From positions 601 to 64,600 of the IMG/VR virus record IMGVR_UViG_3300031853_000038: 64,000 nt of DNA. One strand, written 5' to 3'. This stretch comes from a virus. Its lineage: Duplodnaviria; Caudoviricetes. A program made the position numbers and the translations under genes. Shown here piece by piece: positions 40,146-48,855 of this stretch (its first letter is position 1; each line of letters begins with the position of its first letter). The notes under the pieces are model-generated. The model was not told the DNA's origin, did not search any database, and was given only the letters and a program-made list of their open reading frames with translations.

Positions 40146-40544
40146 ATGAGAGTAATTAATTTAAATTTTTTTGAACAAAAAAGCACAACATTTTTATCCT
40201 ATAAAGAAGATAGAAATTGTGTTACAATTAATTTTCACGTAGGAGAGAAATTAGCATCTAAAGAAAATGGTAATTATATTTATGAATTAATTTTCTTTTC
40301 TCTTGATGATAATAAAAATAAAACACAAGAAATAACAAGCGCAATTAATGGAGTAGTTTCTTGTGAACTTAATCTTTATACTGTTAATCATATATCTAAA
40401 AAAGGATATTTACAATTAAGAATTATAATGAATGAAGAAGATATTAATGAAGAAAATACCAGTAAGAGAATTGGAGTAGTTCATAGTGTTAAATATCCCT
40501 ATATTATTGAGGATAATTTAGATTTTAGGGTGGTGAATATATGA
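40146..40544 (+). CDS. Hypothetical protein, possible baseplate-upper-like domain
   Basis: Beta-rich; coupled to the large tail gene. Confidence 0.4.
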   Translation: MRVINLNFFEQKSTTFLSYKEDRNCVTINFHVGEKLASKENGNYIYELIFFSLDDNKNKTQEITSAINGVVSCELNLYTVNHISKKGYLQLRIIMNEEDINEENTSKRIGVVHSVKYPYIIEDNLDFRVVNI

Positions 40545-43500
40545 GAATTATTAAAGGAACCGATTTAGGATTTGAAGATATTAATTTTCCATTGAAAGTT
40601 ATTGATATTGATTTTTATAATGTAACAAGAAAAACGCTTTTTTTTGGACATACAAATGATAATAATTTTACAGTATTACATTTAATTGTTCCTGAAGAAT
40701 ATCGAGAAGAATTATTGTCATCTTTAGCTTCAAGTCAAGAGAGTGAAGAGAATCAAGCTCAAGAGAATAATAGCCGTTTAGTAATTAAAGCTAGTTTTTA
40801 TAATAAAACATTAGACAAAAAAGTTATAACAGTCCCAGTAGTAGATACCGCAAATGAAGAATTTTATCTTTTTTTAACGAATGGAGATATATTAAATTCA
40901 GCATATAACGGAGAATTACAATTTTTTATCATAAGAGAAAATATTAGAGATGCTGCAACTAGACAATTAGTTGCTTCAAGTAATAAAATTTCATACATAG
41001 TCGAAGAAAGCCTATCATTAGAAACCTCAGAAGATGTAACGAATGTTATTCAATCTTATGCATCAAGATTAGAAGGTATGATAGAAGAATTTAGTGCCGC
41101 TGCAGATAGTTTTAATGGTTTAGAGAATAGAGTCGAAAGTTTAGAGAATTATAGTCTATCTTTTAAAGAAGATAAAGTTGATAATATTAGAGGTTTTATT
41201 GTTGAAGTTATACCAACAGAAGGTAACAGTAACAATAAATCACGCTTCTTTTTTAGTACACTTGGTGCGTTAAAAGTTCAAACCAAACCAAAAGATGAGG
41301 ACTGGCTTGAGGATGACAGATGGTTAGATTTTGAAACAACAAGCCCAACAGAGCTTACTCAAGAGATGGTTGAAAAAATTGACCAAGCATTAACTGCAAT
41401 TCCAGCTGATGTTGAGAGAAATACTAATAAAATAACTTCTATTTATAGTGCGACTGATATTCAAAATGATACTACACATTATCCAAGTATGGCGGCAATG
41501 TATAGATATATCCAAGCGCAATTAAATAATTTTTATGATGAACTTTATGAATTAGATTTTGATGGAAAAGCTGATAAACCTTCTGGGAATGGAGTGCAGT
41601 CTTTTTTAAATCAAATAATTATTACTGATTCTAGTAAACAGTTACTATGTTCTGGAAGACAATTTGGAAATAATTATAATTTTAGTCTAGATTCTAATCA
41701 AAATTTAAACTATATACCTACTGAGCAATCAGTTATTAACTATGTAGAAGATAAAGTATCAGAACATAAAGATTTTGCTACTTTTAATAATTTAAAAGAA
41801 ATATCAGATGACCTTGCTGCGCCGTATGGAGGTAACTTCTTTTTATTAGAAGATACCAACGAAAGTGTTGAAAATTTCAAATTAACTATTGTTAATAACC
41901 ATTTTACTTTAAATGGCACTTTAAATGAAGATACTACTTTTACTATAAATTGTAAAGATTCTGGTGAAATAAGTTTAATTGGTAATGAAAGTCAAATTAA
42001 ATGGGTACATTTAATTTTTTATGATATGTATGATAAAAATAATAATATTATACCAATAAGTGGTAACATCACTTATGATTTGCCAGGTTATCCAGGTACT
42101 CCAGACTTAGATTTTAATTCTAATTTAATTTCAAATCGAATACTTAATGGTGGAAAATGTTATTTAGCATCAAAAAATGAGTACAGTTCAAATAATACAA
42201 ATTTAAATACAATAAGTGGTAATTCAATAGAAATAACTCTTGGTGCAGGAACGTATGATAATGAAACTTTTAATTTAATTGCACAATTTACTAGAGATTC
42301 AATAAATAGGGTTATTAATAATATTGCTTATAACGAGGTAAAAACTTTTAATATAAACGAGGACGTTTTGCCAGAAAAAATAACTGATTTACCAGGTCGA
42401 GCTGACACAATTGAAAGTAATATAAATGCTATCAATACGATTTTAAATGGGATAAATACAAATGGAACTACACTCGAAGATTATAATATCGAAGATGCAT
42501 ATACAAAAGATGAGATTGAAGAGAGAGATTTAAATTTCATTGAACCCACTAATACTAATAAAATAATTTTAAAAAATAAAACGTATTCAGTAGATGGAGT
42601 AAATGTTGAAGTAAGTGATTGGAATAAAATCCATGTATATACCACTGATAATAGTAATATAAATACAACAATAAGTTTGGATGCATTACTATTTGGAGAT
42701 TCAAGAAATCAACTTTTATTTTTAGAAGAAATAGATAACTCTAATCTAAGCGATGATATTTTATTTTTAAAATTTCATTATCTTACTACAGGTGGAAGTT
42801 TAAATTATACTCATGATGTTTATAGTGATATTAATAATAGTGATGCTATATACATTAAAGGAGATCTTAATCCTGACAGTAGTAATTTTAATGAAGGCTG
42901 GCTGTCTATTACAGTAACGGGTCAATTAGATTACACGTTTAGTCTAAGAACTTATGATAGAGGATATAATCCTGAAACCTCTGAAATTAAATCTACAGTA
43001 AAAATTAAAGAAGATTTATTAAAAGAATATAATAATAATATAAATGATAGTATTGGTAGTTTAATTAACACTTCTATTCGTAAAGATGAATTATATATAT
43101 TTTCTGAAGATAATGAACTTCTTAGTTTTCCGTATGGCCAAGGGCCTCCTCCAGGCGCGACGAAATATTCTCTTTCTAACGCATCAGCAAATATTACTAC
43201 AATAACTGAAAATTCACTAAATAAAATACAAATTAATATAACTGGTAATACCCCTATTACTACTCAATACGCAGATTTAGTATTAAATCAAAATATCACT
43301 TTAGAGCATGGTAAATTATATAATATTATAATTTATTGCGACAATAATACAAATAATAGAGCTGTAGATTTTACTTTAAATGCTATTGAAAATAATAATA
43401 ACGTTCCTTATAAGATATATCATCTAGATAATAATTATGACGATGGCACCATTAACAAAATAAATTATATTAATGACAGAATCTATATTGATTCTGCTAA

Positions 43501-43957
43501 TGATATAGAAATAAATAATATTACTTGTACACCAAAGGCTGGAAGTACGGGAGGAACTTATTATATATCTGTAAAACCATCAGTAGGAGTTATAAAAGAA
43601 GAATGTCTTGGTTTAGAGAGATTTATAGAAAATGGTGAAGTTAATACATTGATGGAAAATTACACTAACGCATCAGCGCATAAATTAATAGGAACTTATC
43701 AATTAAACAATGATTATTGTTACCTCGCCGCAGATGCAACGTTTCCAAGTAATCAATCACCAGCTATTTATTCATTACCAGTCGCCGCCGTATCAAATGT
43801 TACTACACTTGCCACTGGAACACAAGATACATATAAAGTCTTAATTCAAATACAAAGTGGCGATTCAAGTACTACTTATATTAAAATAAGTCCATTAGAC
43901 GGTAGTGTAACTACTGCAGATACAGCGCATTTCACTTTATGTTATAAATATAAATAA
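40541..43957 (+). CDS. Large tail fibre/baseplate-associated structural protein
   Basis: 1138 aa, Asn/Thr-rich, coiled segment, GKADK and DAYTKDEI fibre motifs, C-terminal beta domain. Confidence 0.6.
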   Translation: MRIIKGTDLGFEDINFPLKVIDIDFYNVTRKTLFFGHTNDNNFTVLHLIVPEEYREELLSSLASSQESEENQAQENNSRLVIKASFYNKTLDKKVITVPVVDTANEEFYLFLTNGDILNSAYNGELQFFIIRENIRDAATRQLVASSNKISYIVEESLSLETSEDVTNVIQSYASRLEGMIEEFSAAADSFNGLENRVESLENYSLSFKEDKVDNIRGFIVEVIPTEGNSNNKSRFFFSTLGALKVQTKPKDEDWLEDDRWLDFETTSPTELTQEMVEKIDQALTAIPADVERNTNKITSIYSATDIQNDTTHYPSMAAMYRYIQAQLNNFYDELYELDFDGKADKPSGNGVQSFLNQIIITDSSKQLLCSGRQFGNNYNFSLDSNQNLNYIPTEQSVINYVEDKVSEHKDFATFNNLKEISDDLAAPYGGNFFLLEDTNESVENFKLTIVNNHFTLNGTLNEDTTFTINCKDSGEISLIGNESQIKWVHLIFYDMYDKNNNIIPISGNITYDLPGYPGTPDLDFNSNLISNRILNGGKCYLASKNEYSSNNTNLNTISGNSIEITLGAGTYDNETFNLIAQFTRDSINRVINNIAYNEVKTFNINEDVLPEKITDLPGRADTIESNINAINTILNGINTNGTTLEDYNIEDAYTKDEIEERDLNFIEPTNTNKIILKNKTYSVDGVNVEVSDWNKIHVYTTDNSNINTTISLDALLFGDSRNQLLFLEEIDNSNLSDDILFLKFHYLTTGGSLNYTHDVYSDINNSDAIYIKGDLNPDSSNFNEGWLSITVTGQLDYTFSLRTYDRGYNPETSEIKSTVKIKEDLLKEYNNNINDSIGSLINTSIRKDELYIFSEDNELLSFPYGQGPPPGATKYSLSNASANITTITENSLNKIQINITGNTPITTQYADLVLNQNITLEHGKLYNIIIYCDNNTNNRAVDFTLNAIENNNNVPYKIYHLDNNYDDGTINKINYINDRIYIDSANDIEINNITCTPKAGSTGGTYYISVKPSVGVIKEECLGLERFIENGEVNTLMENYTNASAHKLIGTYQLNNDYCYLAADATFPSNQSPAIYSLPVAAVSNVTTLATGTQDTYKVLIQIQSGDSSTTYIKISPLDGSVTTADTAHFTLCYKYK

Positions 43958-43973
43958 TAGGAGGAAAAATATC

Positions 43974-44222
43974 GTGGAGAAAAAAATTACATTAGACTTA
44001 CTTACACAAGATTCAGTTAGTGTATTAACTCAAATTACAATTGAATATAATGGAAAAAGAATAGAGGCTGAACGAACAAGGGTAGCTTATCCAAACTCCA
44101 TCTCAGGAAGAAGAAAATTATTATATGAAGTAGGAGAGCCGTATTATACTTCTGTATTAGCAATTTGGGGAGAAGAACCTACTATAATTGATCCAACTCC
44201 TGTTATAATGCCAGTAGAATAA
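43974..44222 (+). CDS. Small tail-fibre-associated protein
   Basis: Follows the fibre gene with a strong RBS; ITLDLLTQDSVSVL...RVAYPNS..GR...AIWGEEPT. Confidence 0.5.
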   Translation: MEKKITLDLLTQDSVSVLTQITIEYNGKRIEAERTRVAYPNSISGRRKLLYEVGEPYYTSVLAIWGEEPTIIDPTPVIMPVE

Positions 44223-44289
44223 AAATTGATTTTTTATAAAAAATATACTATAATATATATAGAAAAGTTAAGGAAAGGAAATAAAAACT

Positions 44290-44385
44290 ATGAAAAATAC
44301 CTTTGATGACTTTGACTTATGTATTACTCCAGAAGAGCTTCCTGAGTATTTAGAATACTTAGAAATGGAAGACGATTGGGCATAA
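44290..44385 (+). CDS. Acidic micropeptide (31 aa) under its own early promoter
   Basis: MKNTFDDFDLCITPEELPEYLEYLEMEDDWA; RBS AAAGGA. Confidence 0.55.
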   Translation: MKNTFDDFDLCITPEELPEYLEYLEMEDDWA

Positions 44386-44637
44386 TATATATAAGGTAAA
44401 AGAGAGAAAAAAATTTGAAAAATTTATAAACTTTTGATATAATATATATAGAAAAGTTAAGAAAAGGAAAGATATTTTAGATAAGTTATGGCGAAAAGAG
44501 AGGGTGGCAAGTATCCCCCCTTCATAAAAGACCACCCTCTCGGCGGCAATAGACTATTACTTATTTTTGATATAAACCTCTTCAAAGCAGTTTGGCGGCT
44601 CTGCGTTATCAAAAGCCGCGCGACTTTCTTAAAATAA

Positions 44638-44895
44638 TTAAGGATTTCGATACCGTTTGAGAGATTAAGTTACTATTAAGAGAACTGGGAGAGCTGGTAT
44701 CGGGGAGCATCGAAAGGCTCAGTGAGTGCGTTCTGGTTATTAAGATACCAGTGGCGAATAGAGTCGGGAAAGCCGAATGATACGCCTATCTCCTATATAT
44801 TTATAGGAATTGAGGGACTCCAAGGTGCGGGTAACGACCGCAAGACGCTCAATCGTAAGGCACTGTGAAACTCAGTAAAGCACTCGAATCCTTAA
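44638..44895 (+). ncRNA. Unassigned structured RNA (~258 nt)
   Basis: Ends pair (TTAAGGATTTCGA / TCGAATCCTTAA); internal stems CTGGTATC/GATACCAG, ATTGAG/CTCAAT, TCCTATA/TATAGGA; long-range GAGTGC/GCACTC. Confidence 0.6.
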
Positions 44896-44936
44896 TGTAA
44901 ATGGGACGGTAGCCCAACGGCAGAGGCAATGGACTT

Positions 44937-45835
44937 TTTCTGGTAGAAAATTTTCAGTTTTAACTTAAAACTTTATATCCAATTATTATTTTTCTTACTT
45001 ATATATGAAAATAATAAGAGGTGGTTTTATGAAAAAATGGGAAAATTTTTCTAAGGAAGAATTAGAACAATTTGTAAAAAACAGTTATTCCTACGCTGAA
45101 GTTTGTAAGCAATGTGGTTATTCACCAACTGGTGGTAGCTCAGTCAAATCTATAAAAGAAATGATTGAACATTATCATTTTGATATATCACACTTTACAA
45201 AACAAAGTTGGAATAAGAATAATTTTGATTATTCTCGTTTTAGAAAAGGAAACAATATTAAAAGGGGTGAAGCGGCTAAGGCGCTAACCTTTTTAAGAGG
45301 ACACCGATGTGAGAATTGTAACAATCAAGAATGGTTAGGTCAAAAAATACCACTTGAAATACACCACATTGACGGAGATAATCAAAATAATGAAATGGAT
45401 AATTTGCAACTTTTATGTCCAAATTGTCACGCTTTAACTGAAAATTGGCGTGGAAAAAATATTAATCAAGGTATTGAGAAAGTATCTGATGAAGATTTTG
45501 TTAATGCGTTAAAAAATTCACCCAATATTAGACAAGCATTGATTAAATTAGGTTTGTCACCAAAAGGTGGAAATTATGTTAGAGCAAATGAATTGATTGT
45601 AAAATATCAAATTGTTCATCTTCTGGAGCAGTAATCTTGGAAACTTATTACTGAATGATGGCTAATTCGGTGAATAACCAGAGAACGCCGAGCTAAATCA
45701 GTCAATTTAAATGGTTGTAAATGTGTAGAGACTATATACCATCTACCTAAGTCTTAAAATAAAAGATAAGGTAAAGACATAGTCCAGACTACAACGTAAT
45801 ATAATATTGCGGCTATAGTGATATAGAGTAGTAAG
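44937..45835 (+). mobile_element. Group I intron (899 nt) in the tRNA anticodon, encoding an HNH endonuclease
   Basis: P GCTAATTCGGTGAA, Q GAACGCCGAGCT, R TGTAGAGACTATA, S AAGACATAGTCC; ends in G. Confidence 0.9.
45029..45634 (+). CDS. Intron-encoded HNH homing endonuclease
   Basis: CENC...PLEIHHIDGDNQNNEMDNLQLLCPNCH; RBS GAGGTG before ATG 45029. Confidence 0.9.
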   Translation: MKKWENFSKEELEQFVKNSYSYAEVCKQCGYSPTGGSSVKSIKEMIEHYHFDISHFTKQSWNKNNFDYSRFRKGNNIKRGEAAKALTFLRGHRCENCNNQEWLGQKIPLEIHHIDGDNQNNEMDNLQLLCPNCHALTENWRGKNINQGIEKVSDEDFVNALKNSPNIRQALIKLGLSPKGGNYVRANELIVKYQIVHLLEQ

Positions 45836-46099
45836 AAAATCCATCAAGTGAGGGTTCGAATCCCTCTCGTCCTACCAAGTCATAGCAAAACTCGACTAGG
45901 TTAATAAAGATGCGCGGTTGACTGACCTTAAAGTTAAGAATTAAGAGTTATAACTCAAAAAAATGTAGTGAAATTTTTATGATTTTACTTACAAGTACCT
46001 TCTCAGACGAGAGTGTCTATGACATTACTGGCTTGGCGGAGTAGTAATTGAGGCACATAACAGTTGGTAGTAACCTGTTCGCAATATTAAAACTACATT

Positions 46100-46199
46100 T
46101 AGACACACACAGCAATCTTTTATATTTTATTTAGTTAAAAGATTTAGATGATGAACAAGAAAATAATATAGTTTATGGAAATTTTATTTCTTGTGTCTA
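46100..46199 (+). ncRNA. CAGCAA-stem RNA A (no tRNA module)
   Basis: TAGACAC-ACACAGCAAT...GTGTCTA terminal stem. Confidence 0.5.
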
Positions 46200-46282
46200 G
46201 TTAAAAAAGAGGTAAAATGAAAGTAAACATAATATTATTTTAAACACAAGCGGCGCCAACAAAAAGTCTTGGCGCTATATTT

Positions 46283-46359
46283 GGCTCACTGGCGCAATTG
46301 GCTAGCGCAATTCACTTGTAATGAATAGGTTTAGAGTTCGAATCTCTAGTGAGCCTCCA
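46283..46359 (+). tRNA. tRNA-Thr(TGT)
   Basis: Cloverleaf, ATTCA-CTTGTAA-TGAAT, CCA. Confidence 0.95.
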
Positions 46360-46384
46360 AGTATTTTTATTGAAGGAAGATTAT

Positions 46385-46567
46385 ATGACTGGTAGAGATT
46401 TTCTAAACACTTTTATACAAGAGATACCCTCTCGTGGATTAGATGACGTTGGAGTATATATATGTATGAAATCAAACGAATATGAGTGTCAAAGTTTCAA
46501 AATTAAGGAAATTTCTAATGACGGCAATAATGATAGTATAACTATTTATATATCTAAAGTTGACTAA
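46385..46567 (+). CDS. Small hypothetical protein between tRNAs
   Basis: MTGRDFLNTFIQ...; RBS GAAGGAAG. Confidence 0.5.
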   Translation: MTGRDFLNTFIQEIPSRGLDDVGVYICMKSNEYECQSFKIKEISNDGNNDSITIYISKVD

Positions 46568-46574
46568 TAAATAT

Positions 46575-46652
46575 GGCACCATAGTGGAATCGGTATAACA
46601 CGCTACCCTTTCAAGGTAGAGAGTCTGGGTTCAATCCCCAGTGGTGTCACCA
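46575..46652 (+). tRNA. tRNA-Glu(TTC)
   Basis: CTACC-CTTTCAA-GGTAG, CCA. Confidence 0.95.
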
Positions 46653-47010
46653 TTGTCCGAACCTTAGAAGTAAATAATGACAATAAACTATGTTTATATT
46701 TCGACGGGATAAAACGTGTGGGTGAAAGCCAACCCATAATAAGGGCCGAGGTGCGCAGCGGCATGACGAAGTAGGTTTTTTTAAAGCTCGTAGGGATGGA
46801 TTTTCACAGTTTAAACTACCACCGGCAACTATAGTTGATATGTGGCTAGTCACTAACGAGAATAAATAAAAGCGAAAGTAAAACTGAAAGCTTAAGTCGT
46901 AAAATCGGATTGAAGTGACCTTGGCAAGTTAGGCAGAGCGTGGATTCAGATGGAGTCGTCTTTAAGGTTTTATACGATGACTAAATACTAACTATATAAA
47001 ACCTATTTAT

Positions 47011-47087
47011 GCTCAAGTGACGGAATAGGCATACGTGCTTGATTCAAAATCAAGATTTTAAGAGTTCGACTCTCTTCTTGAGTACCA
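47011..47087 (+). tRNA. tRNA-Leu(CAA), short variable loop
   Basis: CTTGA-TTCAAAA-TCAAG, CCA. Confidence 0.9.
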
Positions 47088-47101
47088 AATTCAAATTAAT
47101 T

Positions 47102-47178
47102 GGGAGTATCGTATAATTGGAAGTATAGTTTGACTCCAAATCAAAAAGGCATCTGTTCGATTCGGATTGCTCCTGCCA
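47102..47178 (+). tRNA. tRNA-Trp(CCA)
   Basis: TTTGA-CTCCAAA-TCAAA, CCA. Confidence 0.9.
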
Positions 47179-47189
47179 TAATTAAGTTT

Positions 47190-47266
47190 GATTCTGTAGC
47201 CGAACTGGTAAAGGCGTTGGTCTGCAAAACCAAAATTTCGCGGTTCAAGTCCGCGCAGAATCTCCA
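47190..47266 (+). tRNA. tRNA-Cys(GCA)
   Basis: TTGGT-CTGCAAA-ACCAA, U73, CCA. Confidence 0.95.
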
Positions 47267-47412
47267 TAAGTACCGATTGTGGGTGCTCAAAAAATACACT
47301 TTAGGGCAACCGTACGCCCTCGTTAGTAACGGAGTAATTGTAGTATACTTAATGTCTACACGGCAGTTGAGGTGTCGATAGAATGTAGGTGCACATACAG
47401 ACCTCTCCATAT

Positions 47413-47489
47413 ACTTCAGCAGCTCAACTGGTTCGAGCACTTGCCTTATAAGCGAGAGGTTAGTGGTTCAAGCCCACTCTGGAGTACCA
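47413..47489 (+). tRNA. tRNA-Ile(TAT)
   Basis: CTTGC-CTTATAA-GCGAG, A73, CCA. Confidence 0.9.
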
Positions 47490-47702
47490 TATGCGCAGAT
47501 GGATTAATAGTAACCTTAAGCTAGCATGCGCTATATAAGTATGGCTTCAATCACTATTAAGATTTTGGACTTCAGTACTACGTCGTGAAGACAAATAAAA
47601 CTTATGCATCAGGCTATATTGGAGTAAACGTAGTAAAAATATAGCAAATATTGGGTAAAACAAGACGGAAGTTGATTCTTAGGGACACCAATATTATAAT
47701 AT

Positions 47703-47791
47703 GGGTAGGTCGCCTAGTTTGGTAATGGCGGCAGACTGTAACTCTGCTTCGTTTCGACGATTCGTTGGTTCAAATCCAACCCTGCCCACCA
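47703..47791 (+). tRNA. tRNA-Tyr(GTA)
   Basis: GCAGA-CTGTAAC-TCTGC, long variable arm, CCA. Confidence 0.95.
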
Positions 47792-47904
47792 AATAGATAG
47801 AAGCCAGAGCGCAAGACCACGGCGTTTTCCCAAACTGCTGCAGCTCGACGCCAAAAAGCAAATGTAACAATAGTGACCAAACTTGCCTTTCTATCTTTAT
47901 ATAT

Positions 47905-47980
47905 GCTACTGTAGCTCAGTAGGTAGAGCACTAGACTGAAAATCTAGGTAGCGTTGGTTCGATCCCAGCCGGTAGCACCA
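47905..47980 (+). tRNA. tRNA-Phe(GAA)
   Basis: CTAGA-CTGAAAA-TCTAG, CCA. Confidence 0.95.
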
Positions 47981-48244
47981 GTAGCGCAAGAGGATTCATA
48001 GTAGCCGGGAACGACAGCGCTATACAAGTGTCAAACGAATTACTATGAAGGGCTGGACGTAAGTCCCGGGTCCACCGAAGTAGGGGAGACTCCCCTTTTA
48101 ATAACGTTCTCAGTAGTTGTGCGCCGAGAACTTGGACAGCCGTAAAGGAAATCCCTGCAACACCAGCAAAGGGTTGGTATCGACATATGTGGCGCCCACT
48201 TTAAAAATTATACCTTTATGGTTTATAGAAAGGAATAAAATAAA

Positions 48245-48385
48245 ATGAGAACAAAACTGTATTACAAAAATCGAATTAAGCTGCTTCGTTCAAGAGATGA
48301 AGCTAGGAATGAGTCTTTTAATAATAGAATTATTAACGCTCTAAAAAGAGAATATAGAAGAAAGTTCAAAGAAGAAATTGATTAA
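48245..48385 (+). CDS. Small basic hypothetical protein (46 aa)
   Basis: MRTKLYYKNRIKLLRSRDEARNESFNNRIINALKREYRRKFKEEID; RBS AAAGGA. Confidence 0.5.
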   Translation: MRTKLYYKNRIKLLRSRDEARNESFNNRIINALKREYRRKFKEEID

Positions 48386-48454
48386 TTTTTAGGCGCGCGC
48401 AGCGAGAGATAATAGTTCATATATAAAAACCTCTTTCTAAGCGTCTTGAAATAT

Positions 48455-48566
48455 AAAGCACAGGCAGCAAATACTTATCTTGTGGCGTAAAGGTTAGCGC
48501 ATCAACCTTAAAAAGTTGACGATAGCAGTTCGAATCTGCTCAAGATTGAAATATAGAAGGTGCTTT
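48455..48566 (+). ncRNA. CAGCAA-stem RNA B enclosing a tRNA-like body with an 8-nt anticodon loop
   Basis: AAAGCAC-AGGCAGCAAAT...GTGCTTT; D arm GCGT/GCGC, TCAAC-CTTAAAAA-GTTGA, AGCAG-TTCGAAT-CTGCT; no CCA. Confidence 0.65.
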
Positions 48567-48643
48567 GAATAAAAAATTTTTTGACTTTTTTATAAATTTT
48601 TAGTATAATATTTATAGAAAAATTAAGAAAGGAAAATAAATAT

Positions 48644-48715
48644 TGCGGGCTAGAGTAGTGGTTACTCAACAGTTTCATAGGCTGTGTTAGGTCGGTTCGA
48701 TTCCGACGCCCGCAA
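48644..48715 (+). tRNA. tRNA with CAT anticodon (elongator Met or Ile2); no encoded CCA
   Basis: TGCGGGC/GCCCGCA acceptor, ACAGT-TTCATAG-GCTGT; followed directly by a ribozyme. Confidence 0.85.
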
Positions 48716-48770
48716 GAGACACATCTATATAGCCTCCACGTGGCGTGTCTTGGGTAATGCTAATATATAG
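48716..48770 (+). ncRNA. Theta (minimal HDV-like) ribozyme 1
   Basis: P1 GAGACAC/GTGTCTT (G1.U), P2 CTATATA/TATATAG, P3 GCC/GGC, L3 TCCACGT, GG, J4/2 GCTAA. Confidence 0.9.
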
Positions 48771-48782
48771 AATTAAATATAT

Positions 48783-48855
48783 TCCTCAATAGCACAACTG
48801 GTAGTGCACGGCGCTGTTAACGCCGGGGTTGCAGGATCGTACCCTGCTTGAGGAG
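48783..48855 (+). tRNA. tRNA-Asn(GTT); no encoded CCA
   Basis: CGGCG-CTGTTAA-CGCCG, G73. Confidence 0.92.

Larger units (their letters stand above)
44903..45877 (+). tRNA. tRNA-Leu(TAA), exons 44903-44936 and 45836-45877, interrupted by a group I intron
   Basis: Spliced anticodon arm ATGGA-CTT|AAAA-TCCAT; A15/U48 Leu signature; CCA encoded. Confidence 0.85.

Noticed and set aside
44638-44895. RNase P RNA, SRP RNA or tmRNA
   Set aside because: No GAGGAAAGUCC/P4 consensus, no SRP helix-8 motif, no tRNA-like ends or tag ORF recognised.
44903-45877. Intron-containing tRNA read as Phe(GAA)
   Set aside because: This would require an intron ending in A; the D arm and A15/U48 are Leu-like and an intact Phe tRNA exists at 47905. 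Kept only as a caveat on the unusual P1.
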